From Phycisphaerales bacterium (lineage in GTDB: Bacteria; Planctomycetota; Phycisphaerae; Phycisphaerales; SM1A02), in contig JAXMAM010000001.1 in the NCBI GenBank assembly GCA_046350455.1, positions 57,130 to 121,129 of the forward strand: a stretch of 64,000 nucleotides of DNA. The letters run 5' to 3'. This document shows, piece by piece, positions 19,954 to 29,434 of the stretch. A program made the translations under genes and the position numbers. How positions within the stretch are numbered: the stretch's first letter is position 1; the number at the start of each line of letters is the position of its first letter. The notes under the pieces were generated by a model that searched no databases, was not told the DNA's origin, and was given only the letters and a program-made list of their open reading frames with translations.

Positions 19954-20971
19954 CCGGCCGGCAGCTTCGGTCCGCCAGGCGCCGGCGCGCGGCGCAGGCT
20001 GGGTCCGGCGTGGGCTGCGCACGCTCCTGATGCTGGCGGTGCTTGTCTATCTGGGTTGGTGCGTGACGCTGTATGTCATGCAGGACGCCATCCTGTACCA
20101 GGCTGCGCAGGCAGGCATGCCTTGGAAGGACGCAGCGATCGCTGGGCTCCCGCGGCTGGTTCGGATGCAAGATGCCGCACCGGATGGCACGCGCACGGAA
20201 GCGTGGCTCTTCGCAACGGATCAGGGGCGCAGCCGTGGCCTGGTGGTCTTCTTTCACGGCAACGCAGAGCTCATCCAGCACGCGTTGTACGAGGCCCGTG
20301 AGTGGAACCAGCGTGGCTACGACGTGCTGCTGCCCGAGTACCGCGGCTATGGGCTGGCGCCTGGGAAGCCGTCGCAAGCGGCGATCGTGGCCGATTCTCT
20401 GCGCGCGCTCCGGCAGGCCGCGGCGCGCACAGGTGCCACGCACCTCATCCTGCACGGCCGCTCGCTGGGCACCGGCGTGGCGGCACAGGTGGCTGCAGCG
20501 GTCGCCACGGCACCGGCTGCGCCTGGCATTGCGCCCAGCGCCGCACCGCCCGCCACGCCACCCGCCACTTCACTCGCCACTCCACCCGCCACTCCACCCG
20601 CCGCACCGCCCGCCGCTTCGCCCGCCGCTCCGCTGGTGTTGGACGCGCTAGTGCTGGAGAGCCCCTTTGCCAGCGTGGCTGGATTCGCGCATGGCTACGG
20701 GGTGCCGGAGTTTCTGGTGAGCAATCCGTATCGCACCAACGAGGTGCTGCCAGCGCTGCAGTGCCCCATCCTGATTCTGCACGCGCGCCACGATGAGATG
20801 GTGCCGTTTGAGCAGGGCCAGTCCCTGGCTGCGCTCAACCCGCGGGCGCGGCTGGTGGAGATGGAGGGCTCCCACAACTCGGGACTCTCGCAGGACGCGG
20901 TCTACTGGGCTGCAGTGGATGACCTGCTGAAGCAGCTGCCTCCAGGCACACCGGCCCAGCCTTCGCCCTAG
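19940..20971 (+). CDS. alpha/beta hydrolase with Pro/Ala-rich low-complexity insertion
   Basis: N-terminal TM, FFHGNAE, the GxSxG nucleophile elbow HGRSLGTG, an Asp/His pair near the C-terminus, and the insert TAPAAPGIAPSAAPPATPPATSLATPPATPPAAPPAASPAAP. Confidence 0.55.
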   Translation: MTAGDRPAASVRQAPARGAGWVRRGLRTLLMLAVLVYLGWCVTLYVMQDAILYQAAQAGMPWKDAAIAGLPRLVRMQDAAPDGTRTEAWLFATDQGRSRGLVVFFHGNAELIQHALYEAREWNQRGYDVLLPEYRGYGLAPGKPSQAAIVADSLRALRQAAARTGATHLILHGRSLGTGVAAQVAAAVATAPAAPGIAPSAAPPATPPATSLATPPATPPAAPPAASPAAPLVLDALVLESPFASVAGFAHGYGVPEFLVSNPYRTNEVLPALQCPILILHARHDEMVPFEQGQSLAALNPRARLVEMEGSHNSGLSQDAVYWAAVDDLLKQLPPGTPAQPSP

Positions 20972-21876
20972 CTCTGGTGCCGCGCGACGTAGCTGCGGAG
21001 CGCTTGCTCAATCTTTGGGTCTGTCATCTGGAGCGCCTTGGCCTCCGCCATGGCCTGGTCCATTGGCACCTTGCAATCCAGCACGCGGTAGGCGGCCCAC
21101 GATGGCGCTGTGCGATTGCTGGACCGGCAATCCATGACCACCACCTGGTGGTCCTTTGCGGCCTGGCGCAGCATGGCACGCGCCTGGTCCAGTGCCTGGT
21201 CAGTCAGCGCTGCAGCTTCCAGTTCGCCCACCTGCTTGGCGTCGGGCTGTGCCAGCTGGAATCGGTGAGGCACGCCGCCGATGGCCAGCTCGCTGGCGGG
21301 AAGGGGGCCTCCAGCAGGCAGCTTGGATGTCTCGCGGTCGTTGGCGTCGGCTCCCTCGCGCACAAAGTCGCTCACGCCCATGGCGTGCGAGCGCATGAGC
21401 GCGATGGTTTCTGGATCGGCGCATGACTCCCGGATGCGCACGCCCTTGTCAATGAGCGTCACCTCCAGCCGCACCTTGGCGTGATTCTCAAAGAGCTCAA
21501 CGAACACAGGGTCCCACCCGCGCACCATGGCACCCGCCTTCATGCGCTCCTTCATGGCCTTGGCATGGTCCTGGATGCGGGCGGCGACTGCTGGATCATC
21601 GCTCTCGGTGGTGGCAACCACCACACCCACATCGCCCTCCTGCGTGTGCACCACCGAGCGCCGGATCTTGGAGTGTTCTGCCAGGAGCTGCATCCACACT
21701 GCCCGGTCCTGGCCAACCGTGTTCACGCTGGCGTTGGGATCTGGTGTGGAAGTGGTGTTCGGGCTGGCGTGGGAGCTGGTGTCGGGGCTGCTCGCACACG
21801 CACCCATGACCGCAGCCGAGATCACGGTCAGGGCCAGCGGGCGGAGACGGAGCCTGGGTTGGCGTGGAGTGGACAT
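20968..21876 (-). CDS. hypothetical lipoprotein
   Basis: MSTPRQPRLRLRPLALTVISAAVMGACASS (lipobox) followed by an S/T/P-rich linker. The first 52 codons of the listed ORF are shadow. Confidence 0.4.
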   Translation of the reverse strand: MSTPRQPRLRLRPLALTVISAAVMGACASSPDTSSHASPNTTSTPDPNASVNTVGQDRAVWMQLLAEHSKIRRSVVHTQEGDVGVVVATTESDDPAVAARIQDHAKAMKERMKAGAMVRGWDPVFVELFENHAKVRLEVTLIDKGVRIRESCADPETIALMRSHAMGVSDFVREGADANDRETSKLPAGGPLPASELAIGGVPHRFQLAQPDAKQVGELEAAALTDQALDQARAMLRQAAKDHQVVVMDCRSSNRTAPSWAAYRVLDCKVPMDQAMAEAKALQMTDPKIEQALRSYVARHQS

Positions 21877-21945
21877 CGAGTCAAGAGTAGTGAGACGCGG
21901 TCCGCTGCGGGGGTTCCTGGGAGTGTTGAAGCGCGCTTCCTGTGC

Positions 21946-21999
21946 TCCCCTTGACACGCAAGGGGAAAGGCGGCATACTCCCCTTGTTGAACAAGGGGA
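21946..21999 (+). promoter_or_regulatory. two tandem palindromic operator-like sites upstream of the PadR gene
   Basis: tccccttgacacgcaaggggaa and tccccttgttgaacaaggggaa each have 8-bp inverted arms TCCCCTTG/CAAGGGGA with a 6-nt spacer. They lie 6-50 nt before the ATG at 22005. Confidence 0.4.
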
Positions 22000-22004
22000 A
22001 CCCC

Positions 22005-22376
22005 ATGCCAAGCACTCAAGATGAGATTCCACCAGGCACGCTGGACCTGCTGATTCTGCGCTGCATCACGGATGCTCCGCAGCACGGCTATGCCATCGCG
22101 CGGCGCATCAAGCAGCGGTCACGGGGCGCGTTGCTGGCCGAGGAGGGTTCGCTGTATCCAGCGTTGCACCGGCTGGTGCGCCTGAAGTACGTCACCGCCG
22201 AGTGGGGCGTGAGCGAGAACAAGCGCAAGGCCCGCTTCTACCGCATGACATCCGCTGGCCGCAAGCGCCTTGAGGCCGGCAGCACGGTGTGGCGCCGCGT
22301 GTCTGCGGCAGTGAACGCGGTGCTGGACGGCCGAGGCGCAGAGCCAGAGTCCGGAGGCGCGGCGTGCGCGGGCTGA
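22005..22376 (+). CDS. PadR family transcriptional regulator
   Basis: LDLLILRCITDAPQHGYAIARRIKQRS...EGSLYPALHRLVRLKYVTAEW is a PadR winged-helix signature. Confidence 0.65.
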   Translation: MPSTQDEIPPGTLDLLILRCITDAPQHGYAIARRIKQRSRGALLAEEGSLYPALHRLVRLKYVTAEWGVSENKRKARFYRMTSAGRKRLEAGSTVWRRVSAAVNAVLDGRGAEPESGGAACAG

Positions 22377-22414
22377 ATGCAGGCCGCCATGGCGCCAAAG
22401 GGGACGGCGATGCC

Positions 22415-23101
22415 ATGGCCGATGCAGTTGCCGACGAACTGCAGTTCCACGTGGAGTCCTGCGTAGCGGAGTTGATGCGCGATGGTCTATCAGAGGACGC
22501 CGCACGCGCTGAAGCGCTGCGGAGGTTTGGAGACATGCAGGCCCACGCAGAGGCCTGCCGGCGCCAGGCGCCAGGAGCACACATGAGCCGGATGATGAAG
22601 ATCGCCGTGGCCGGGGTTGCTGGAAGCATGGCCGTTGCGCTGGTGACCACCGGACTGCTTGCCTTCAAGCAGCACGGTGAGCTTGCTGAGGCGCGCGCGT
22701 CTCAGAAGCGCGCTGAGGAGCTGGTGGGCAAGATGAACCTGGAGCTCACGCAGCTGCGGGCCGCAGCAGGCGCGTCGGTGCACGACACCGGCGTGGTCTA
22801 TGTGGATGGTGTCATTGCACGCCCCGGCGTGTACAGCCTTCCTGCAGTTGGTGATCTGCGCGCGTCGCGGTTGGTGGCTGCGGCTGGCGGCATCAAGGCA
22901 GATGTTCACATCGAAGTGGAACCAGACAGCGAGAGCGATCAGCGGATCAAAGAATGGCAGGCCAAGGGTGCCACAGTGGTGCCTGGCTACCACCAGCGGC
23001 CGGCGCTCCGCGTGCGGCTCAGCCACGCGGATGGCCTGCAGGGGATTGACCCCGTGCTCCGCGCCAATGACATGGTGCGTGTCATCGCGGCCGGCGAGTA
23101 G
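22415..23101 (+). CDS. PadR-associated membrane protein with C-terminal SLBB-like domain
   Basis: N-terminus ELQFHVESCVAELMRDGLSEDAARAEALRRFGD is typical of genes downstream of padR. One TM helix. DGVIARPGVYSLPAVGDLRASRLVAAAGG. Confidence 0.45.
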   Translation: MADAVADELQFHVESCVAELMRDGLSEDAARAEALRRFGDMQAHAEACRRQAPGAHMSRMMKIAVAGVAGSMAVALVTTGLLAFKQHGELAEARASQKRAEELVGKMNLELTQLRAAAGASVHDTGVVYVDGVIARPGVYSLPAVGDLRASRLVAAAGGIKADVHIEVEPDSESDQRIKEWQAKGATVVPGYHQRPALRVRLSHADGLQGIDPVLRANDMVRVIAAGE

Positions 23102-24302
23102 CCCCCTTGCTGGCCAGCGTGCAGCCCATCAGCTTGTAGAGCACGCGCGCGCCCACGTTGGCGTTCCACTCGCCGTCGCCGGCGGCTGGCGCCACTTCGC
23201 AGAGGTCGAACCCCACCACGCTCTTGCCGCTCTTGGCAAGCACGGCCAGCAGGTGCGCCACCTCTGCAAAGGTCAAGCCTCCTGGCACTGGCGTACCTGT
23301 GGCAGGGCAATGGTCTGGCGTCAGCCCATCAATGTCAAACGAGATGTACACCTTGCTGGGCAGCGTCTTCACGATGTCCTTGCAGATGGCGTTCCACGCA
23401 GCGCGTGCGCCACCGGCGGCCTGGCGGTCGCGCAGGTCTTGGTCGTAGAAGCAGCGCACGCGCCCCTTGGACTGCTCCACAAACTGTCGCTCGCGCATGC
23501 CAAAGTCGCGGATGCCCACCTGGGTGAGCCGTGCCACGCCTGGCAAGCGCGTCATCACGTTGTGAAAGATGCTGGCGTGCGACCAGGTGAACCCCTCAAA
23601 CTCCTTGCGCAGGTCTGCATGCGCATCAATCTGCAGGATGCCCAGGCCGGGATGCTTCTCCGCCAGCGTCTGGATGAGCGCAAATGGACTGGCGTGGTCT
23701 CCTCCCAGGAGCGCTGGAATGGCGCCGCGCTTGATGATCTCTGCGGCGCGCGCGCCCACCATGCGGTGCACCTGCATGCTGGCTGCGTTCACCGCTTCGG
23801 CGGCCTTGGCATGCGCACGATTGCCAGGCTGCACGCCGCCGGCACGGAGCACTGACTCGGCTACCTTGCGGGCGGCCGTTGACAGCGCGGCTACATCCCG
23901 CGGGATGGGGAGCATGGCGATGCCTGCCTGCCAGATGGGGCCGTACTGCAGGTCCTCCAGGTCCACCTGCTTGCTGGCTTCCAGCACAGCGGCTGGGCCG
24001 CGCGCGGTGCCGGGCCGGTAGCTGGTGGTGGCGTCAAAGGGCACAGGGATGACCACCAGGGCCGCCTCCTGCACGGGCGTGGAGAGCCCGAACAGCCCGT
24101 CTCCAGTCGCTGCAGAATCCGGATCAAAGTTGATCTGATTTTTGCATGCCGCCGGGCGAGGGGTCCCGCCGGGATGGCTGGCGCGCGTGGCGGGTGTGGC
24201 GTGCGCGGCGGGATTGGCACGCTTGGCACGGTTGGCGCGCTCGGCACGATTGGCGCGCTGGGTGTGGTGGGTGGTGCGGCCGGAAGGGGAGGTGGAGGCC
24301 AT
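23082..24302 (-). CDS. ureohydrolase (agmatinase/arginase/formiminoglutamase family)
   Basis: LGGDHASPF and SFDIDGLTPDHCPATGTPVPGGLTFAE motifs. The start is placed at MASTSP; the N-terminus is low-complexity (RANRAERANRAKRAN from tandem DNA repeats), so the true start is uncertain. Confidence 0.6.
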   Translation of the reverse strand: MASTSPSGRTTHHTQRANRAERANRAKRANPAAHATPATRASHPGGTPRPAACKNQINFDPDSAATGDGLFGLSTPVQEAALVVIPVPFDATTSYRPGTARGPAAVLEASKQVDLEDLQYGPIWQAGIAMLPIPRDVAALSTAARKVAESVLRAGGVQPGNRAHAKAAEAVNAASMQVHRMVGARAAEIIKRGAIPALLGGDHASPFALIQTLAEKHPGLGILQIDAHADLRKEFEGFTWSHASIFHNVMTRLPGVARLTQVGIRDFGMRERQFVEQSKGRVRCFYDQDLRDRQAAGGARAAWNAICKDIVKTLPSKVYISFDIDGLTPDHCPATGTPVPGGLTFAEVAHLLAVLAKSGKSVVGFDLCEVAPAAGDGEWNANVGARVLYKLMGCTLASKGATRRPR

Positions 24303-24589
24303 TTTCGCACTGTAGAGGCGCGAAGGGTGCCCTGCGCAGGCGTGCCCTGCGCAGGCGCGCGTGGCGCAGATGCGCCCTGTGGCCACGCGGGGGCGGCGGT
24401 GGGGCGCTGGGATGCACCCGCTCTGCAAGGGTCGTATTGACAAGGAGTTGTGTGACACCCCGGAGGGTGGCCTGGGATTCTCACAGGGTCTGAACACGCC
24501 GGCGGAGCCACAGCACAGGGCGAGCTTCTGGCGGGAGGTAGCCTTTGGGCTCGTCGTCGCGCGTCATTCACGAGATCTGGAGGTCAGAC

Positions 24590-27082
24590 ATGAGCCTTGC
24601 CTGTCGGTCGCTGCGTGTGGTCGCCCTGTTTTTCACTGGTGCAATCTCGCTGGGGGTTGCGAACGCGGCGCAGGCGCAGGTGATGACTGGCGCGCCAGGC
24701 GCACCTGGCACGCGGGAGTTCCCAGACTCGCGCACGCTGCCGCTGCCCAAGCCAAAGTTCGACGGGCAGATCATGCCCAACCTCATCGACAGCACGCCCA
24801 GCTGGCCAGCCACCATCGCGCCGCCAGAGGGCGCCCCCAACGTGCTGCTCATCCTGATTGACGACGCTGGCTTTGGTTCCAATGCGGTGTTCGGCGGCAT
24901 AGTGCCCACGCCAGCGCTGGACAAGATTGCCAAGCGCGGCATCCGGTACACGCAGATGCACAACACAGCCCTGTGCTCGCCCACGCGCGCAGCGCTGCTG
25001 ACCGGCCGCAACCACCATGCGGTGAGCTACGGCGATGTGGCCGAAGGAGCTGTGGGTTACCCCGGCTATGACACCGTGACTGGCCCAGACTGCGCGCACC
25101 TGGCCATGACGCTGAAGCAGAATGGGTACGCCACGGCCTGGTTTGGCAAGAACCACAACGTGCCCATCTGGACTGCCACGCCCATGGGGCCGTTTGATCA
25201 ATGGCCCGTGGGGCTGGGATACGACTACTTCTACGGGTTCGTGGGCGGCGACACCAGCCAGTGGCAGCCAGGAAACCTGTTCCGCAACACCACGCCCATC
25301 CACCCCTATGACGGGCATCCAGGCTGGAACCTGGTGACCGCCATGGCGGACGACGCCATCGAGTACATCCACACGCAGACGTCCACCAATCCCAAGCGCC
25401 CGTGGTTCATCCACTATGCGCCGGGCGCCACGCATGCGCCGCACCACCCCACCCAGGAGTGGGTGGACCGCATCAGTGCCATGCACCTCTTTGACGACGG
25501 CTGGGAGAAAGTGCGCGAGCGCATCTTTGAGAACCAGAAGAAGCTGGGCGTCATTCCGTCGAACGCTGTCCTGCCAGAGTGGCCATCATTCCTGCCCAAG
25601 TGGGACTCGCTGAATGCAGACCAGAAGAAGCTGTACCTGAAGCAGATCGAGACCTGGGCTGCATACATGGGCTACGTGGACAACGAGACCGGACGCGTGG
25701 TGGAGACGCTGGAGAAGCTGGGCCTGGCGGACAACACGCTCATCATCTGGGTGTGCGGTGACAACGGCATGAGCGGCGAAGGCTCCATGAACGGCACGCC
25801 CAATGAAGTGGCCTACTTCAACGGCTTTGCCTTCACGGTGGAGCAGATGCTTCCGTTCATGCCAGTGTGGGGAACAGACAAGACGTACCCGCACTTTGCA
25901 GTGCCGTGGGCCTTTGCCATGGACACGCCATATCGCTGGATCAAGCAGGTGGCTTCGCACCTGGGCGGCACGCGCACGGGCGCAGTCATGGCCTGGCCCA
26001 AGCGCATCAAGGACGCTGGCGGCATCCGCAACCAGTTCCACCATGTGATTGACATTGCCCCCACGGTGCTGGACGCCATCGGCATTCCGCAGCCCACGTT
26101 TGTGAACGGCATCCAGCAGCGCCCATATGACGGCGTGAGCATGACCTACACGTGGGACAAGGGCAATGCCAACGCACCCACCACGCACACCACGCAGTAC
26201 TTTGAGATCTTTGGCAACCGCGCCATCTACCACGATGGCTGGTACGCGTGCACCACGCCGGCTGTCTATCCATGGCAGGGCATCACCGCCACGCCGCCCA
26301 CCGACGTGATGAACGGCTACCAGTGGGAGCTGTACAACCTGAAGGACGACCCCACGCAGGTGAACAACCTGGCGGCCAAGGAGCCAGAGCGCCTGCGCAT
26401 GATGCAGGAGCTGTGGCTCATCGAGGCCACGCGCAACAACGTGCTGCCGCTGAACAACTCGCAGCTGCCGGTGCTGACAGCGTTGCGTCCCGGCCCAGCC
26501 GCAGAGCGCACGCACTTTGTCTACACCGCCCCCATGATGTCCACGCAGTTTGCGGCAGCGCCTTCCATCATCAACCGCTCGTACAAGATCACAGCCGAGT
26601 TTGAGGTGCCAGCCAGCGGTGCCAACGGCGTGCTGGTCACGGAGGGTGGCCGGTTCAGCGGCTATGGCCTGTACCTGAAGGACGGCAAGCCCACCTTCAC
26701 CATGAACCTGCTGGACATCGAGCGCCCCAAGTGGCAGTCCCCAGACGCGCTGAAGCCAGGCAAGCACACGGTGGTGTTTGAGTGGACGATGGCTCCGCAG
26801 GGCGCAGCGCTGGCCCGCGGCGGCACCGGCACGCTGACCGTAGACGGCAAGAAGGTGGCGGAGAAGACCCTGCCGCACACGCAGCCAGTGATCTTTGCCT
26901 GGGACGAGACCTTTGACGTTGGCCTGGACACTGGCACCTCCGTGGACGACGCGGACTACCAGGTGCCGTTTGCCTTCACCGGTGTGTTTGGCACGGTGAC
27001 CATTGACCTGGGCGCGCTCACTGCGACCCCAGAGGCCATTCGCACTATGATGGAGGAGGCAGCCAAGAAGCGCGACCGCTGA
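24590..27082 (+). CDS. arylsulfatase (sulfatase family)
   Basis: Signal peptide MSLACRSLRVVALFFTGAISLGVANAAQAQ. NVLLILIDDAGFG ... CSPTRAALLTGR (the formylglycine motif CxPxR) ... GKNHN. Confidence 0.7.
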   Translation: MSLACRSLRVVALFFTGAISLGVANAAQAQVMTGAPGAPGTREFPDSRTLPLPKPKFDGQIMPNLIDSTPSWPATIAPPEGAPNVLLILIDDAGFGSNAVFGGIVPTPALDKIAKRGIRYTQMHNTALCSPTRAALLTGRNHHAVSYGDVAEGAVGYPGYDTVTGPDCAHLAMTLKQNGYATAWFGKNHNVPIWTATPMGPFDQWPVGLGYDYFYGFVGGDTSQWQPGNLFRNTTPIHPYDGHPGWNLVTAMADDAIEYIHTQTSTNPKRPWFIHYAPGATHAPHHPTQEWVDRISAMHLFDDGWEKVRERIFENQKKLGVIPSNAVLPEWPSFLPKWDSLNADQKKLYLKQIETWAAYMGYVDNETGRVVETLEKLGLADNTLIIWVCGDNGMSGEGSMNGTPNEVAYFNGFAFTVEQMLPFMPVWGTDKTYPHFAVPWAFAMDTPYRWIKQVASHLGGTRTGAVMAWPKRIKDAGGIRNQFHHVIDIAPTVLDAIGIPQPTFVNGIQQRPYDGVSMTYTWDKGNANAPTTHTTQYFEIFGNRAIYHDGWYACTTPAVYPWQGITATPPTDVMNGYQWELYNLKDDPTQVNNLAAKEPERLRMMQELWLIEATRNNVLPLNNSQLPVLTALRPGPAAERTHFVYTAPMMSTQFAAAPSIINRSYKITAEFEVPASGANGVLVTEGGRFSGYGLYLKDGKPTFTMNLLDIERPKWQSPDALKPGKHTVVFEWTMAPQGAALARGGTGTLTVDGKKVAEKTLPHTQPVIFAWDETFDVGLDTGTSVDDADYQVPFAFTGVFGTVTIDLGALTATPEAIRTMMEEAAKKRDR

Positions 27083-27117
27083 CCGCGGCGCGCCGCTGCC
27101 AGGGAGCTATCGCAGCC

Positions 27118-28023
27118 ATGGGCAAGATCAAGCGTTCCGGTGAGTTGTTCGTGCAGGCTTGGGGTGTGCTGAAGGGCGACCCAGCCCTGGCCATGTTCCC
27201 CATCATCAGCTCGGTGGCCACGCTGGCGGTTGTTGCCAGCTTTGTGCTGCCGGTGGTGCTGAGCCCGGAACTGCGAGAGACCTTCACCGGCGTGCTGGAA
27301 TCCCAGGGCCGCCACAGCTCGCACGCCGCGGCCCAGGACGGCCAGGCGGTGAGCGCTGGCGGGCGCGTGCTGGTGCTGGGCATCATGTTTGCGTTCTATC
27401 TGGTCACCAGCTTTGTCACCATCTTCTTCAACGCAGCGCTCCTGGGCGCAGCAGACCGCAAGTTCCGCGGTGAACCCACTGGCGTGGGCGTCGGCATCAG
27501 CGTGGCCATGAGCCGCCTGCCGCAGATCATTGGCTGGTCCATCCTGAGCGCGATTGTGGGAACCATCCTGCGTGCGCTCGAGGAGCGCGTGGGCTTCCTG
27601 GGCCGCATTGTCATCGGCTTGCTGGGCGTGGGCTGGGCCATTGCCAGCTACTTCGCAGTGCCAGCACTGGTGCTGGAAGGCGTGGGGCCGTTTGAGGCGG
27701 TGAAGCGCTCTGTGTCGGCCATCCGCAAGTCATGGGGCGAAGGCCTGGTGCTGGCTGTGGGCTTTGGCGTGGCTGGCTTCCTGGTCACGCTGCTGGTGCT
27801 GGCGTTCATCGCGGGCGGAATCGTGCTTGGCATCATGACGGAAAGCGTGGCGCTGGGCATCGCAGTTGGTTCGCTGGGTGTGCTGCTGCTGCTGGCCTGG
27901 GCGGTGGTGGCCAGCACGCTGAAGACCATCGTGCAGATGGCGCTGTACCGGTACGCAGTGGATGGCGTGGTGCCCAACGGGTTCCAGCAGTCCTCGCTGG
28001 CGGGAGCGTTTGCGCGGAAGTAA
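27118..28023 (+). CDS. polytopic membrane protein of unknown function
   Basis: About 6 TM helices. MGKIKRSGELFVQAWGVLKGDPALAMFPIIS. Confidence 0.4.
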   Translation: MGKIKRSGELFVQAWGVLKGDPALAMFPIISSVATLAVVASFVLPVVLSPELRETFTGVLESQGRHSSHAAAQDGQAVSAGGRVLVLGIMFAFYLVTSFVTIFFNAALLGAADRKFRGEPTGVGVGISVAMSRLPQIIGWSILSAIVGTILRALEERVGFLGRIVIGLLGVGWAIASYFAVPALVLEGVGPFEAVKRSVSAIRKSWGEGLVLAVGFGVAGFLVTLLVLAFIAGGIVLGIMTESVALGIAVGSLGVLLLLAWAVVASTLKTIVQMALYRYAVDGVVPNGFQQSSLAGAFARK

Positions 28024-28084
28024 GTTGCCAGCGCGCGCGGGTGACTGGTCCGCGCCATGTGACTGATCCGCACGGTATGACGGT

Positions 28085-29407
28085 TCAAGGCTGTGGCATG
28101 GTCACGTCTTGCTTGAAGAACTGCACCTCGGCGCGCAGGTAGCAGGTGAAGTCCACGGTGCTCTCGGCAGCCTGCTGGGAGGCCCGCAGCAGCACGTCTA
28201 CTTGCTGGCCTGGAGCATTGCTTGCGGGCCAATCTCCGCCCATGGAGTGGCCCCATGAACCAGTTGGATGATTGCACAGCGTGCCAATGCGCACCCATGG
28301 ATCACTGGGGGTGCTGGAGTTCCGCGCGAACACCTCGAACGCCAGTGGATGCTGGGACCCCACGCCACTGAACGACAGCCCCAGATGGCCCTGCCGTCCC
28401 GATGGGCTCCAGGTCACCCGGTCCAGGCGCAGTGACTTGCGGAGCGCAGCAGCAGCCTCTTCATCGTCTATGGGTTGCGCGGTGGCGGCTCCTGCAGGCA
28501 CCACCAGCGACACCAGCGGATACGACTCCTCCCACGTTGCAATGGTTGGCTGTCCCAGGCGGATGGTCAGTTTGAGCACTCGCACCTGCACTAGCGTGCC
28601 ACACTGCGCGGTCTCCAGATCCAGCCAGTTGGTGGTGGTTGAGTTGCGGCTGATGTCGCTGGTGCTGCCTCGCTCTGAGAAGCCTCCGTCTGCATGGTCT
28701 TCGCGCACGCTGATCTCAAGCGGCCCAATGGTGCCTTGGCCAAGCCGCGTGGCGCGCGACTCAACCTTGGCGGGCAGCTTGCGTCCGGCCTGCACCACAG
28801 GTCGAGCAGCCACGGTCAACTCCAATGCCTGTCTGGCGTAGGTGGCCCAGTCAGCAGGTGCCAGCCGCGCTGAAGTATGCGCTGATTCCACCAGCGAACC
28901 CCACGCAGGCTCCCACGGCTGAGAGCGGTCTGCTTGCAGCGCCAGCGCACGCTGCACCAGTGCATCAAGGTCTGCTTGCGGCAGCGCATTGGATGGCACC
29001 CGGCTTGCAAGCTCATTCAGCGCAGGGACCTCCAGCTGGGGAGACCAGCGGGTCTCCAGCATGAGCGCCCAGTTTGGCAGCGCTGCCTGCACAGCGGGCG
29101 ATGCAAAGCGGCTGCTGCCCACAATCAGGCCCAGCACACACGCACTTGCCAGGCCCATCACTCCCAGCAGCATGGCCAGCGGCCGCCGCCTGCGCAGATG
29201 CGGCAGCACCGCGCGGGGCGCGGCAAGGTCTGCGCCGCACTCTGGGCAGCGCACAGCAGGGCTGGCGGCGATGGTGCTGGCCGCCAGGTCATACCGGCAG
29301 CGGCGGCACGTGGGCCCAACGCGCAACACGGTGCCACGCACGCCCCAGCCAGCGAGCGCAAGCCCACAGGCACCCAGCAGCAGCAGCCCAGCGGTCTCGA
29401 GGGTCAT
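28085..29407 (-). CDS. zinc-ribbon membrane protein, paralog family member 2
   Basis: N-terminal TM, CRRCRYDLAASTIAASPAVRCPECGADL, a second TM, and a periplasmic domain. Confidence 0.5.
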   Translation of the reverse strand: MTLETAGLLLLGACGLALAGWGVRGTVLRVGPTCRRCRYDLAASTIAASPAVRCPECGADLAAPRAVLPHLRRRRPLAMLLGVMGLASACVLGLIVGSSRFASPAVQAALPNWALMLETRWSPQLEVPALNELASRVPSNALPQADLDALVQRALALQADRSQPWEPAWGSLVESAHTSARLAPADWATYARQALELTVAARPVVQAGRKLPAKVESRATRLGQGTIGPLEISVREDHADGGFSERGSTSDISRNSTTTNWLDLETAQCGTLVQVRVLKLTIRLGQPTIATWEESYPLVSLVVPAGAATAQPIDDEEAAAALRKSLRLDRVTWSPSGRQGHLGLSFSGVGSQHPLAFEVFARNSSTPSDPWVRIGTLCNHPTGSWGHSMGGDWPASNAPGQQVDVLLRASQQAAESTVDFTCYLRAEVQFFKQDVTMPQP

Positions 29408-29434
29408 GGACGCTGCATAGCGTAGCTGGCGTGC

